From Geosiphon pyriformis uo1 (Eukaryota; Fungi; Glomeromycota): a stretch of 64,000 nt of DNA. The position numbers and the translations under genes were made by a program. The stretch lies in NCBI GenBank assembly GCA_016748015.1, contig JAAOMT010000239.1:344356-408355 (forward strand), written 5' to 3'. This document shows positions 41,601 through 52,457 of the stretch, in pieces (within the stretch, counting starts at the first letter, position 1; each line of letters starts with the position of its first letter). The notes under the pieces are model-generated. The model ran no database searches. It saw only the letters and a list, made by a program, of their open reading frames with translations, and was not told where the DNA came from.

Positions 41601-42062
41601 AGAAAAGCAACGTATCGCTCTTGCTAGAACAATCTTGAAGAATCCACCCATTTTTTTCTTTGACGAAGCCACTTCTGCATTGGACACTCACACTGAACAG
41701 TCATTACTTGCAAACATACGGAGTATCCTGCAAGAAAGCGGCAAAACTAGTATCTTCGTGGCTCACCGATTGCGATCAATATCTGATGCTGGTAAGTTTT
41801 TCTATTATCAAAACTAGTGATTTCACATAGCTCAACTCATTCAGCTTGAATTAATAAAAAAATTTAATCTTTTTTAGATATAATTATGGTATTGCAAGAT
41901 GGCAAGATCAAAGAGCAAGGAAGACATGAAGATCTTTTGCACCTCGATGGAGGTATTTACCGTCATATGTGGTTTACTCAAGAATCAACTGAACCATTTT
42001 TGGAGGATGAAACTTTCAATAATCAACAGTCGGAAGAAAATTACACACAAAAGAACATTTAG
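38656..42062 (+). CDS. ATM1: Mitochondrial ABC half-transporter Atm1/ABCB7 (Fe-S export)
   Basis: [72 protein letters not shown], Walker [30 protein letters not shown]. 5' exon structure uncertain. Confidence 0.95.
39405..39454. repeat. (GAT)n microsatellite in an ATM1 intron
   Basis: gatgatgat run seen directly, after the donor at ~39396. Confidence 0.85.
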
Positions 42063-42964
42063 GTTTGGTAAATCTTTTAATTTTTCATTTATCACAATTT
42101 TCTAGAAATTATATACTTGTATGATGTCATTTTTCTTTTATCGATGCTGTATATTATGCGCAATATATATTCGTGTGACTAGCTTCTAATCTTGAATATT
42201 TGGTGTGATGCTCAAAATTATAAATTACTAGCTTTATGATAATATGTCATGATATTTATTTGGACAGAAAGGCTATTCAAAGACTAAAAATGTGAACATT
42301 TCTTAATTCAAAATCATTAGAAGTTCTGCACTGGACGAATAAGATGTTGCACGTTTGCGTTAAATGAATTATTTACTAATAAACGTCGTGCTTTCGTATT
42401 TTAATTGACCACAATGAATGCACGCGTATTAAAAGAATTTTTATCGGGAACTTCCATTTTTGGAGTGATAGAAATTTGGATCACTCCAGTCGCGCTGTTA
42501 CAAAAACCGCACCACTCTTGAACCACAGTTCTTGTTCTCTTGTCACCATGTCAACCAGAATACAGTTATTTAAAGTTCTGAAAATTATAATTGGTCAAGA
42601 CTTGAAAATTTTCCCATCGTAGCGTCTGGTTTCTCCACATTGTTACCTAGAGACGCGACTCCCTTCACTCTTTAGTTCAAGCCAAAAGACGGGAATGAAA
42701 CCATTTCACGACAGTCGCTTCCATTTTCTTTCCGCTAACACCCCTATTCTCATCTTTGCTTTTGCTGGGAAATAAATACTCATCGTGTTGAGATCATTTA
42801 CCATAACACCATTTTTCAACTCAGTCAGTTGTCGACAATCGACTGCAAAATTACACTCTTTTCTTCCTTTCTTGAAGCAACCTTTTTCTTCCTCTTCCTT
42901 TATCAAAGTCCTATTCAATAACAAACATTACCTATCACTTCTTTCACCAAAGCTCCTCATAAAA

Positions 42965-43924
42965 ATGTCGAAACCTTTTTTCTTTTCTTTATTCAGTAGG
43001 ACTTCATCATTTGGCTTACCGTTTTTTACTCTAACTTGTTTTATCATTATAACAAGAGCCGCCTCGACCCCTTCGTCACAACCAAGTTTACCACAACCTT
43101 TTGACTCAACGCTCAATTATAACCTTACCTCCTCTTGCCTATCGTTCTTCAACAATTTTTTAAAAGACCAAGAGTTCCAAGATTGTCGAGCGTTCAGTTT
43201 CATACTTATGAATTCTAATAATTTCGCAGTCATATCACGAAACGTAGAGAAAGTTCCACCTTATCTTGATCAGATTTGTAGTCCTCCGAATAATCTAAAT
43301 CAATGTAATGAAATCATGAGCTCATACGGGGCCAAAATGACAGAAGGGAGTAACTGTCGAGTAGATATCCAAAATCAGAACCCTATTGCCACAGAAGCCT
43401 ATGTCGCGTTCTACACCTATCAACTGTATCAGGATGTAGGGTGTGCAAAAAACAGTTCTAATACTTACTGTTATGTTGACGCTTTGGATCGGAAGCTTGG
43501 TCTTGGAATCTATTATCTACCGAGTGGTAAGAGTTTATTCGGTAAATTATTAAATGACAACTTTTTAATAATAAGCTAATAATTTCACTATGTTTTTAAA
43601 AAAGGTACACAGTTGGCATCACCAAAAGACCAATTCCCATGTTCGGAGTGCAATAAAAAAATTTTAAACACCTTTTCCGAATACGCAGGTGATACCGCAT
43701 TGCCATTATCAGACACTTTTGAACCGGTACGAAATTACTTTAACAGTTATTGCGGCGAGGATTTTATCAAAAAAGCCTCAGCAATTCATGTTAGCAAATT
43801 GGCAACTAGTTCAGCCTCTTCATTATATTCTCGACTACGAAAACGATCTATTGACTTTCCCACGATAACCAGGATAGTTCTAATGATTACAATACCCTTA
43901 TTTTTATTGGATATTCGCCTATAA
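42965..43924 (+). CDS. Cys-rich secreted/GPI-type fungal protein (DUF7729-like), 2 exons
   Basis: Hydrophobic signal, PQPFD, C..FF..FL.D..F..C..FS, GC.K.....YCY..A, YYLP.G, C..C, Ser-rich linker and hydrophobic C-terminus. Confidence 0.7.
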
Positions 43925-44379
43925 ACGCGCTGTGAGAGCTTCAACAAACATTTCCAGACTCGAACTTCATTGTGTAAAATTCAATATTGCATTCATACAA
44001 ATATGATTTTGATTTTCAATTGTCTTTTGTTTTTTAATAGAAATAATAATAATTTAAAATCAACACTTGTATAGGTATAATTACCAAACCTTTATTTATT
44101 AGCATTATCCATCATTTATCAACTTCAATCACCTATTTCCTCTTAACTACCACTTTCCTTTTCATTTTTCAAAATAACATCCTCAATTGTATACATTCCA
44201 ACCTATGGTATAAACCTATCCCCTTTTTTCCCCCTTGTATTATTCTAACCTTTTCTTCGACTTGTTTACACAGCATACATATACATACTAACACGTACAC
44301 ATTATAAATATAAACGTGTTGTTCCCGAGCTCCAGTGTTTTGAGATGAAGTTTATTTCAAGTTGTTTCATTATTGATCA

Positions 44380-44413
<34 letters not shown>

Positions 44414-44701
44414 GAAAGAAGTCGTAGTATCATCTTAATTAAGTATAAGGTGATTTAATGAAATGGTATTTTAAGAAAAGGAATAATTCGCGCGGAAAAA
44501 TGAATGAATCTGTATAGGTATAAGAATAATTTTATTCTGTGCGTCGTTAAAGGATATAATTCTTTCGAAAATAGAACCGAATTAAGTAAACAAAGAAAAA
44601 TTTATTCATTAAAACTAGTTACATATTAAAATTGCTACTATTTTAAACTCACAATTTAGAAATTTATAATTCCCAACAAAATTTTTGTAATTCTATTTCG
44701 A

Positions 44702-46168
44702 CTATTTTACTTCGATAAGCGCCCGTGTTAATCGATACCCATGCACAGTCGACCGAACAATCTCACACCCGTAATCTTTTTCAAACATTGGTTGTGGCAT
44801 CACTCTTTGATAAATCTTTTCGACTTGAAATCCAAAAGCTGAGGATTGTGCTTCCTGAAAAAAATTTAAATCTTTATCGACCATGTTTGGTCGATGGTGT
44901 GTAAAGAAGACCAAGATTTGTGCTTCACTGTGGTTTTCATGGGTTTTTGATGTGGGAGCAGTAATGCTGAGACATTGAGACGAGGTACGTAAGAGTGCGG
45001 TATGTTGTGAATGGTTGAAGATTAAGTCGGACAGGATTATTGTATCAAATCGTTGCTCATCAGTAGTGGTAGTTCCTGATGATGAGCAAATAGGTTGGAG
45101 AAGCGAATGGGGATCTTTACCCCATATGTGGCCCTATAATCAAAAATATCAAAAATTGAGAAGAATGGTATATTTTAGAATGCGCAGATCTCTATAGATG
45201 ATACTCACTAATACTGAAATTTTGTTCCGATTTTGTGAATCTGGGAATAAATTTTCCACGTTATATTTGATATTTTCTATTAATTTTTCATCTGGGTAAT
45301 CAGTGATCACAACCTAAATTCAAAAAATTAAGGAATGAGAATAACTCGATTATTTAACTATTTACAGTGATTATTACAATTATAGATACCTTCTCAGCAC
45401 CATTCACGACGGAAATCAATGAAGGCAAAGCAGCACCAGCTCCCAACTCCAAAACCCGTTTTCCACGCACGATATCTTCATTCTCATCCAAGTACTCCGC
45501 AAAACATTTTGCTGCATTCCAGAGGTAATGACCCCATAATGGATGTGAACCTACCAGTCTTAGTTGAATTTCTCGAATCGGGCTTTCTCATGTTATCGTC
45601 ATTTATAAAGGAATATAAATTATAGAATATGCGATGGTAAGAACAGTTTTCGAGCTTAACAAGGAGTTACTTACCATTTTGTACACACTCTTTTGATCTA
45701 GTGAAAGTTACAAATGTTGGTGGTGGTGTGGACGGACGAAAATCTGGAGGTTCCTTTGATTAATGAAATAAAATATTTAGTAAGAAATTTTGAAAGAAAA
45801 GGTAAATTTGCAGTGGATGAGTTCTGAAGAAAAAAATTCAGTTTATGATGGTTACCTGAAATAACTGTAAATCATATTCATCAAATATAGTAATTTCTTT
45901 TTCGCCCTTATTGTTTTGATTCTATTGATATATTTTTTGAATTAATAATTTACATAACATTTTTAAATTGGTTTTTTTTAAAAATAGGATAGATTTCTAA
46001 AATATCATACTCTCAAAAAAGGTATATTTTATCTAATTCTGTCTTATTGCCCTTTAAGACAAACTAAACTCTAAGCTCTAAGCCTCGCTTATGTAACCAC
46101 CAAGGTTTCAAAAAAAAACCTCTGTTTGAGAGTCAAAAGTCCAAAAACTGTACCTGAGTCCGAGACAT
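44702..46168 (-). CDS. EFM7: eEF1A N-terminal/lysine methyltransferase Efm7/Nnt1 (METTL21-like)
   Basis: EPPDF, LRLVGSHPLWGHYLWNAA, VLELGAGAALPS, VVITDYPD, GHIWG, ILSDLIFNHSQH, VFFTHHRP. Start inferred from micro-exon MSRTQ at 46168-46154. Confidence 0.9.
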
Positions 46169-46659
46169 ATCTTTAAAAAAAAAAGGAAGGACAGTGGTTG
46201 AAAATTAAAAATTAATTTCATCGCTCGTTGTTCTAAATCAATCATTCACATGATCACCATTTTGAAATTTAGAAGGTAAAAAGGGTATGTTGGCGAAGAA
46301 TAAGATTGCTTTTAAGACTCAATTTATAGTAATAAAGAAAAATTTACTTTAAAGCAATATTTTAGTTTTTTTTTAAATATTTCAATTAACAAATATTTGT
46401 AAAAAATTGAATATTTAAAGATCAAAAACATTTGTTACGATTTTTGTATTGACTTTATTTGAACTTTTAATTACTAATTGTTATTTCTTGGCATTTATAA
46501 TTTATTAATAAAAGTAAATACAAGTTAATTTTTTTAATTGTTAATAAAAAGTCTGATTAGTTCAAATTGTTATTAAATAATAAAATTTGGTTTAAATAAT
46601 TGTTTAAATTTATAATTTATATATAGACAGCATTAAAGAAAGCCATAAAGATCAAGAGA

Positions 46660-47035
46660 AATAGAGTGGTTTCTATTTATACTGACAGTTTGGTAAAAGA
46701 TTTGGACACCAATTCTATTTTAAAGAAGAGAAGCAACTGCATTTTAATAAAGTTGAACTTAATATATCATCTGAAATGCAAAATGTGTTATTTTTTACTT
46801 TAGCTGAAATAAAAACTATTAAAATGGCTCTCGAATGCTTATCATGTGATACGATGTGTTATATTTACATAAATAATAGTTCTAAAACAAAGAATAAATT
46901 TGGCTTGTTTATATAATAGATTGTTATTCAGTAATTGCAGAAATGTGCTTTTTTGCTAACAAAAATAGAATTACTATTTTGTGCAAAATTAAAAAATATG
47001 TAAAGAGACTTTATAATGCAGTATACTGCTCTAAA
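46660..47035 (+). mobile_element. Eroded non-LTR retrotransposon (LINE) RNase H fragment
   Basis: SIYTDSLVKDL...FTLAEIKTIKMALEC...CYIYINN matches the RNase HI pattern (V/I)YTDGS...STLAEL.AI..ALE....I(Y/F)(T/S)DS after G>A/C>T changes; frameshifted. Confidence 0.7.
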
Positions 47036-47904
47036 TAAAAATTTATTAATTATTTAAGTTTTTTTATAACATAAAATAAATTAGAGCAGATTTATTTTAG
47101 TATAACATCTTAATAATAATGTGAAATTTATTTTAAATTTACAATTTATTATAAAAAACTTTAAAATACAAATTTTAAAATTTGCTTATAATAGTAATTT
47201 TTAATATTGTATTAATAATATAAACTTATTTTGGCTTTAATAATTTTTTATTATTTTATTTTAATTATATTGTTATTAGTTTTTTATATAACACAATTAT
47301 TAACAAAAACTTGTTCAAAATTTCCAAAAAAATTTTTGTTGTATTATTTTGTAGTTTTTTAATATTTTACAAAATACTAACTTATTTGTTTAAAAACTAG
47401 TAGTCATTATTAATAATAATATAAACAAAAAAAGTTTAAAAAGTATTATACATAATTCTATTATAGATAATTTTACTTAAAAGCCAAAAAAATCGAATAA
47501 AAATATTAAGAATTCTGAAAATAAAAGTTTTCTTTTGTTTTTAAGCAACAAAAAAAGATTATAATAATTAATACTAAATTTAAAGTTAGCAATAAAAGCA
47601 AAAATTTTTTAAGTTTTAACACAAATATTAATAAGTTAAAAGCATTACTTAACATATTTTATTACAATATAAAAAATGAATTTTTTTTTTGTTCAAGTTA
47701 AATTGATTTGTTCCTATAATTGTCAAAAAAAACTGAAAATTATTATCAAAAATCTTATGCTTTAAATATTAATTTGTTGGTAGTTAAAGAAAAAAGCTTA
47801 ATAAAAAAATATAATTGGTTAGAAAAATGTTTTTATTACAGATTAAAACAAAATATTGAATTAATCACATTATTTTTTTAAAAAATTATTTTAACATTAT
47901 GAAT

Positions 47905-50075
47905 CTATAACTTTGATTTTTTTCCTATTAATGATAGCTCTAAAAGTTGTATAACACTTAAGGCGGCACCATAACTTGATTGGTAGCCTTGAAAATTGAA
48001 AGAAACCATTTTGAGAAATGTTGAATATTCAGGTTAAAAATGCAAAAATTATTTTTATTGCATACCATATCCTCCATGTCCATAATTATGACAGATTAGG
48101 ATTTCTTTCAGAGATTTTTCAGAAACTTGAAAAAGTAAATGGAAGAAAAAATTTCAGGAACTTCATCAAATTAACGGCTATAATCAAAAATCTTCTTACC
48201 GATCCATTCAGCCTCAATTCTAATCCCACCTTTGCGACAAGGTCGAAGGCCCACACTATGTCTCTTAACCTTGAGCGTTTGATCATTCTTTGGAAATAGA
48301 TCCGGACGTGTTGCAAGACATCGTTTCATGATGGAGTCAGCTATAGCAGGATCGATTTTCGCTGAACTGAATTTGTGACATCATTAAAAATGAGGTTTTT
48401 ATACAGCACAGTAAAACAAATCTATGCGTGATCTTACTAGTCTTCTTGATCCTAGATGCCATTCAAAAACCAAAAGTTCAAAATTATTTTCTTTTGGCCA
48501 AACTTCAGACATTTATCAGAAAATTAGAAAATACTTGCATAAGTTCCACCCAAAATCACCTCACCAGTATTTCTAGGTATTACATATGTTATTATTCCAC
48601 CACTATCTATCTTATATTAAAAGAATTAGTGCGGGAATTGACAAAATTCCGAGAGGAAATGAGGCAAAATTTGAATCAACCTACTCCTCCGTTGTTACTT
48701 CCTGCCGAATAGCGTTCAAAGGTCCAGCTAACATGATTTGGGGGAAGCTCTACTAAGACAATTTGGCCCTTTGCAGAATAGACATTAATATCCTGAACTC
48801 CACCTAATTTTCTTGCATGAATACCGGAACAATTAATGACAATATTGGTTTCAGGAAAAATGGCTTCTTGTATGTGTGCCAAATCAGCGTATCGAGTGGT
48901 GCCGCCCAATGAAATGAAAGTATTGAGAAGATAGTTGAGGTAGCTTTCTGGATTAATCGTCACTTTAATAGATAAAACTCATATTATTAATAAAAATAGG
49001 TCGATTTTCTCATGAAATCCCGGAATTCCGCAAAAGTCCGTTTTTGAATGAAGACCCTTAATTCAATAAGAAAGCAACTGTGCTGTATTCCTTTGCGAAA
49101 GCTTAAGGGAAATCGTTCGTCTATTGAACACATGGCTTTTCCTGTTTCTTAATGTTTGATTAAGGAAAACACTTCTCGTGAAGTAGGTTGTAAAATAACA
49201 TGGCAATAGGCGTCAATGGCTTTGGAAATAAACATCTTACCAGTAAACGTGGTGACGCGTTCAAGATATCCAGAGTTCTATATGAAAGACCATCTTCCCT
49301 CTGAAGAATATGAAAATCACCGACTCTAACCCTCAGAGCGTCGACTCATCAACAGGAACTATTATTCTGAACTTGATAAAATTGTGATTCACGATTTACC
49401 TGTTTTATAGGTGATTCCAAACCCTACACCATCTGGCAACTCGTGTTTTTCGAGATGCCGATACTATTGAAATAAGGGATCGGGTGAGAAAATTTAAATT
49501 TGCGGTTAAAAATAGAATTAATGAGTATTAACTTCTGACATTAGGGCAAAAAGTCTTGAACCAAGGTTCAGAGAAATTTTTAGGCAATTCATCCCAATAG
49601 TCAAACCCATCAACAAACATGATTCCGGTTTCGGTGGGATAATTTTGGGCCAAATACCAAAAATGATTATATGTGATTTTGTCGAATTCTATAATGACAA
49701 AAAAAGCTTGCTTGATTTTATTCAAAATTAACACGTATATAAAGTAAAATTTAAACTTTTTATCTTAAATACCTTGCTGACGAAAATCATCGCTCGAAGC
49801 ATAACTCCTCCAGTGTGCGCCAGCCCTGTTTTAGAATGTTCAAAGGATGGTATGGGATAGTTCAGGGTTCTTAGTTTTGGAAGAATAGTCAGTTCAAGTC
49901 GCAAAGAACTAACAGCTCCTTACAAGGGACTAGTATAATCAAAGTTTAACTCTCCCGGGAAATGTTTCGCGACCAGGAGAACCTCAAATTTTTCTTCACG
50001 CTGTAACAACAAAACAGCAGTAGTGAGCCCAGACACCCCTGCCCCGAGGACAGAAACACGTTTTTGTGGCGACAT
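47905..50075 (-). CDS. DAO: Peroxisomal D-amino-acid/D-aspartate oxidase (FAD-dependent)
   Basis: VLGAGVSGLTTA, DYTSPWAGAHW, VINCSGIHARKL, KGQIVLV, TYVIPR, ILGGT, VGLRP.R.GG.R, HNYGHGGYGYQSSYG; C-terminal PTS1 -SKL*. Confidence 0.93.
49000..49345. ncRNA. Candidate structured RNA element / cryptic exon in the 437-nt DAO intron (48963-49399)
   Basis: Closing stem 49000-49009/49312-49324 enclosing several hairpins; cassette-exon signals at 49300-49241. Confidence 0.35.
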
Positions 50076-50290
50076 TTCGTAATCTCAAATTTTCGCGCGG
50101 CACAGGTATTTTTGATGGATCATTTAAATTCCCGTGACATATCACAGCCTTAGAAAGATATAAATAACGTGTGCCCGGCAAAATTTCGCGGTTGTACATT
50201 CTGCTTTAGTCTTCCCGATTACTACTTTACTTGTTGCATTTCAAACGGAGTGAAGCTATTCTCTTTTTATTTCTTCATCACAATTCTATA

Positions 50291-51110
50291 ATGGATTATT
50301 CTATTCTTACAAATCCTCTTGACCATCCAGCCGCTCTTTATGACAACTTTACGGCTGTCACGACAACCACTACTGCCACAATACTTAACACAAGTCGTAA
50401 GCGAAACCGAAGTGATAGTTTTAATCAAAACGATCTTGTTCAGGTAAAAATTTAATAAATCTCTGTGAAAAAGGTCCATTTGTACGAGTATTTAGATACA
50501 GGGTAACAACGACCATGAGAGTCTTACTTTGTTGCGCGCAATTAATATAGCCTACTTAGGGTTTTACATTTTTGAACATCGATCACAATAGAAAACGATA
50601 CGGTTGATGAGTCCACCACGACCACGAGCAACAAACTCTTCCTCAAATTATAATAATTCAATAAATTCTGATTTTAATCCTGAAGCTGTGCGGCAAACTT
50701 CAAATAATGAAAAAAATTCGGGATCAAAAACTTTCTCATTTCAAATGTTGGACTTTCGAGAATCTGAGCCGATGGAATGTGACAATGACCTTCAATTTAG
50801 TGCTGGATCCAATAACTTCGGATTAGGTGATGGGGAAATGGTGGGCTATCTGACTTTACTTCAATAAAATCTTCTGGATTATATTGTGAATTTATTTTAG
50901 TCTAATTGTGCTAATACTTACTCATTAGTAATCTAATAAATTTATCAGGGATCTTCCTCAGCATCAGCCTCGACATCTAATCCTTCTTTAGTGCGAAGAG
51001 AACGCGGTGAACGTCAAACTCATTTACCTTACACAATGGGATATCGGGCTGATTGTGAAAAATGCCGTCTTAAGGTTCCTGGTCATTATGCACATGTTTT
51101 TGGAAAGTAA
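50291..51110 (+). CDS. Small uncharacterised fungal protein with C-terminal MGYRADCEKC...PGHY.H motif, 3 exons
   Basis: In-frame splicing of three exons; basic RKRNR patch; C-terminal YTMGYRADCEKCRLKVPGHYAH. Confidence 0.75.
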
Positions 51111-52457
51111 TTCTTTCTTCAAATCCAAGACAATCGAATAATGCCAAAGCCAGTCAGGGTTTTCTAAATTGCTTCAAGAAAGAGAATTTAATAATATTTC
51201 TTGAGAGTTTAGTTCAATGAAGCTCTGAAGAATCAAAATTTGAAGAAGATATAAAGGCTTTGAAAAAGATATGATTAAACATGGACTTTTGGTTTGTAAT
51301 AATAATTATAAAGCATATAAAAAGAAGTTCTCTAAAGCGGAGCTTGCTCTTAAAATATAATTTTCAAAATTTTAATTAAAGAATTGAGGTTGGAGCTATT
51401 TTGCTCTTTAGCTCTACATTATTTATCTTTGACTAGAAAATGGGTCAACTTTGATCGATACCCAAAATCGAGAATAATATCAGGTCAAAAAAGCTATAAA
51501 GTTAACAAGAAGTTCTACCCAAGTTCCGGCTAAACGATCAAATATGCTTCAAAATCTGACGAGTAAAAGATTAAATCATAAGCACGGCTACATGCATTTT
51601 GTTGTACTATTCGTTAAACATGTGACAATTCCCAACTCAGTTACAGTTATAGAAGTATTTTATTATTATAACACATCATGACTTCATAACTAGTAAGGTA
51701 CTCTATCATTCCTTATGTCGATCATAATTATTAAATTTGAATGATAGTATAAGTATGTATGATGATCCTTACCTTTTAATCAATTAACAAAGATTATTAA
51801 TTGATACATATTTTCTAATATTAAAATAAGCATTTTGAAAATGTTTGTTTTTTTCATAGTGGTATTATAAATAAAATTTTGTTACTGTTTATATGTTCAT
51901 TTTTTATTTTTATCATTGTTGAATGTATTTTTTAAAATCAATTCAAATTGATGAAGTGTTAACATTTCAATCAAATAATATTATAAAGTTTAATGACGGA
52001 ATTGATTTAATGAGACGATTAATATTTGCTAAGCTGAGGGGCTTGAATTGTGTCCATAAGAAAACACTTAAATTCATCATTGATTCCGTTTTCATTCCAT
52101 TTGAGCGCAAACCAGGTAGATTATTGATTTTTTGTGACGATTAAAAAATATTGTCATGATTATAAAACAAGCCTTTTATTTTTCTAGGAAGTGAATTTGA
52201 GATTTACAATACAAGATTGACCAATAATTCCATAGTAATTAATTTATCTCTCCCTTGCCTCTATTGGAAAACTCTAATTTATTCATTATTTGATCTTCCT
52301 ATAGAAGAATCCATATATTATTAAAAAATTTTATTGTACGCTGCCCGATAAAACATGTCTTGCCGGGGATTACTATCAGATTTTCTTTAAAACCAATACT
52401 AAATTAATGGAGCGTAGATAAACAATAAAAGAAAATATGTTTACTCACTGGTTTTAC

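Noticed and set aside
49144-49172. Similarity to the U12 snRNA 5' end (CTTAA..TGA.TAAGGAAAA) or a U12 branch site on the other strand
   Set aside because: The branch-pairing GUAAGGA is altered, there is no Sm site, and the host intron has a U2-type donor.
49200-49304. Antisense 34-codon ORF starting MAIGVNGFG, GAPDH-like
   Set aside because: Similarity stops before the invariant RIGR; too short, likely chance.
49326-49333. CTAACCCT as a telomerase RNA template
   Set aside because: An 8-mer expected by chance (also at ~11237 as an intron branch point); it sits in a hairpin, with no clear downstream pseudoknot before the DAO exon.
51945-52040. Possible C/D snoRNA (TGATGA...CTGA)
   Set aside because: No terminal stem and no recognisable rRNA guide; such words are common in AT-rich DNA.
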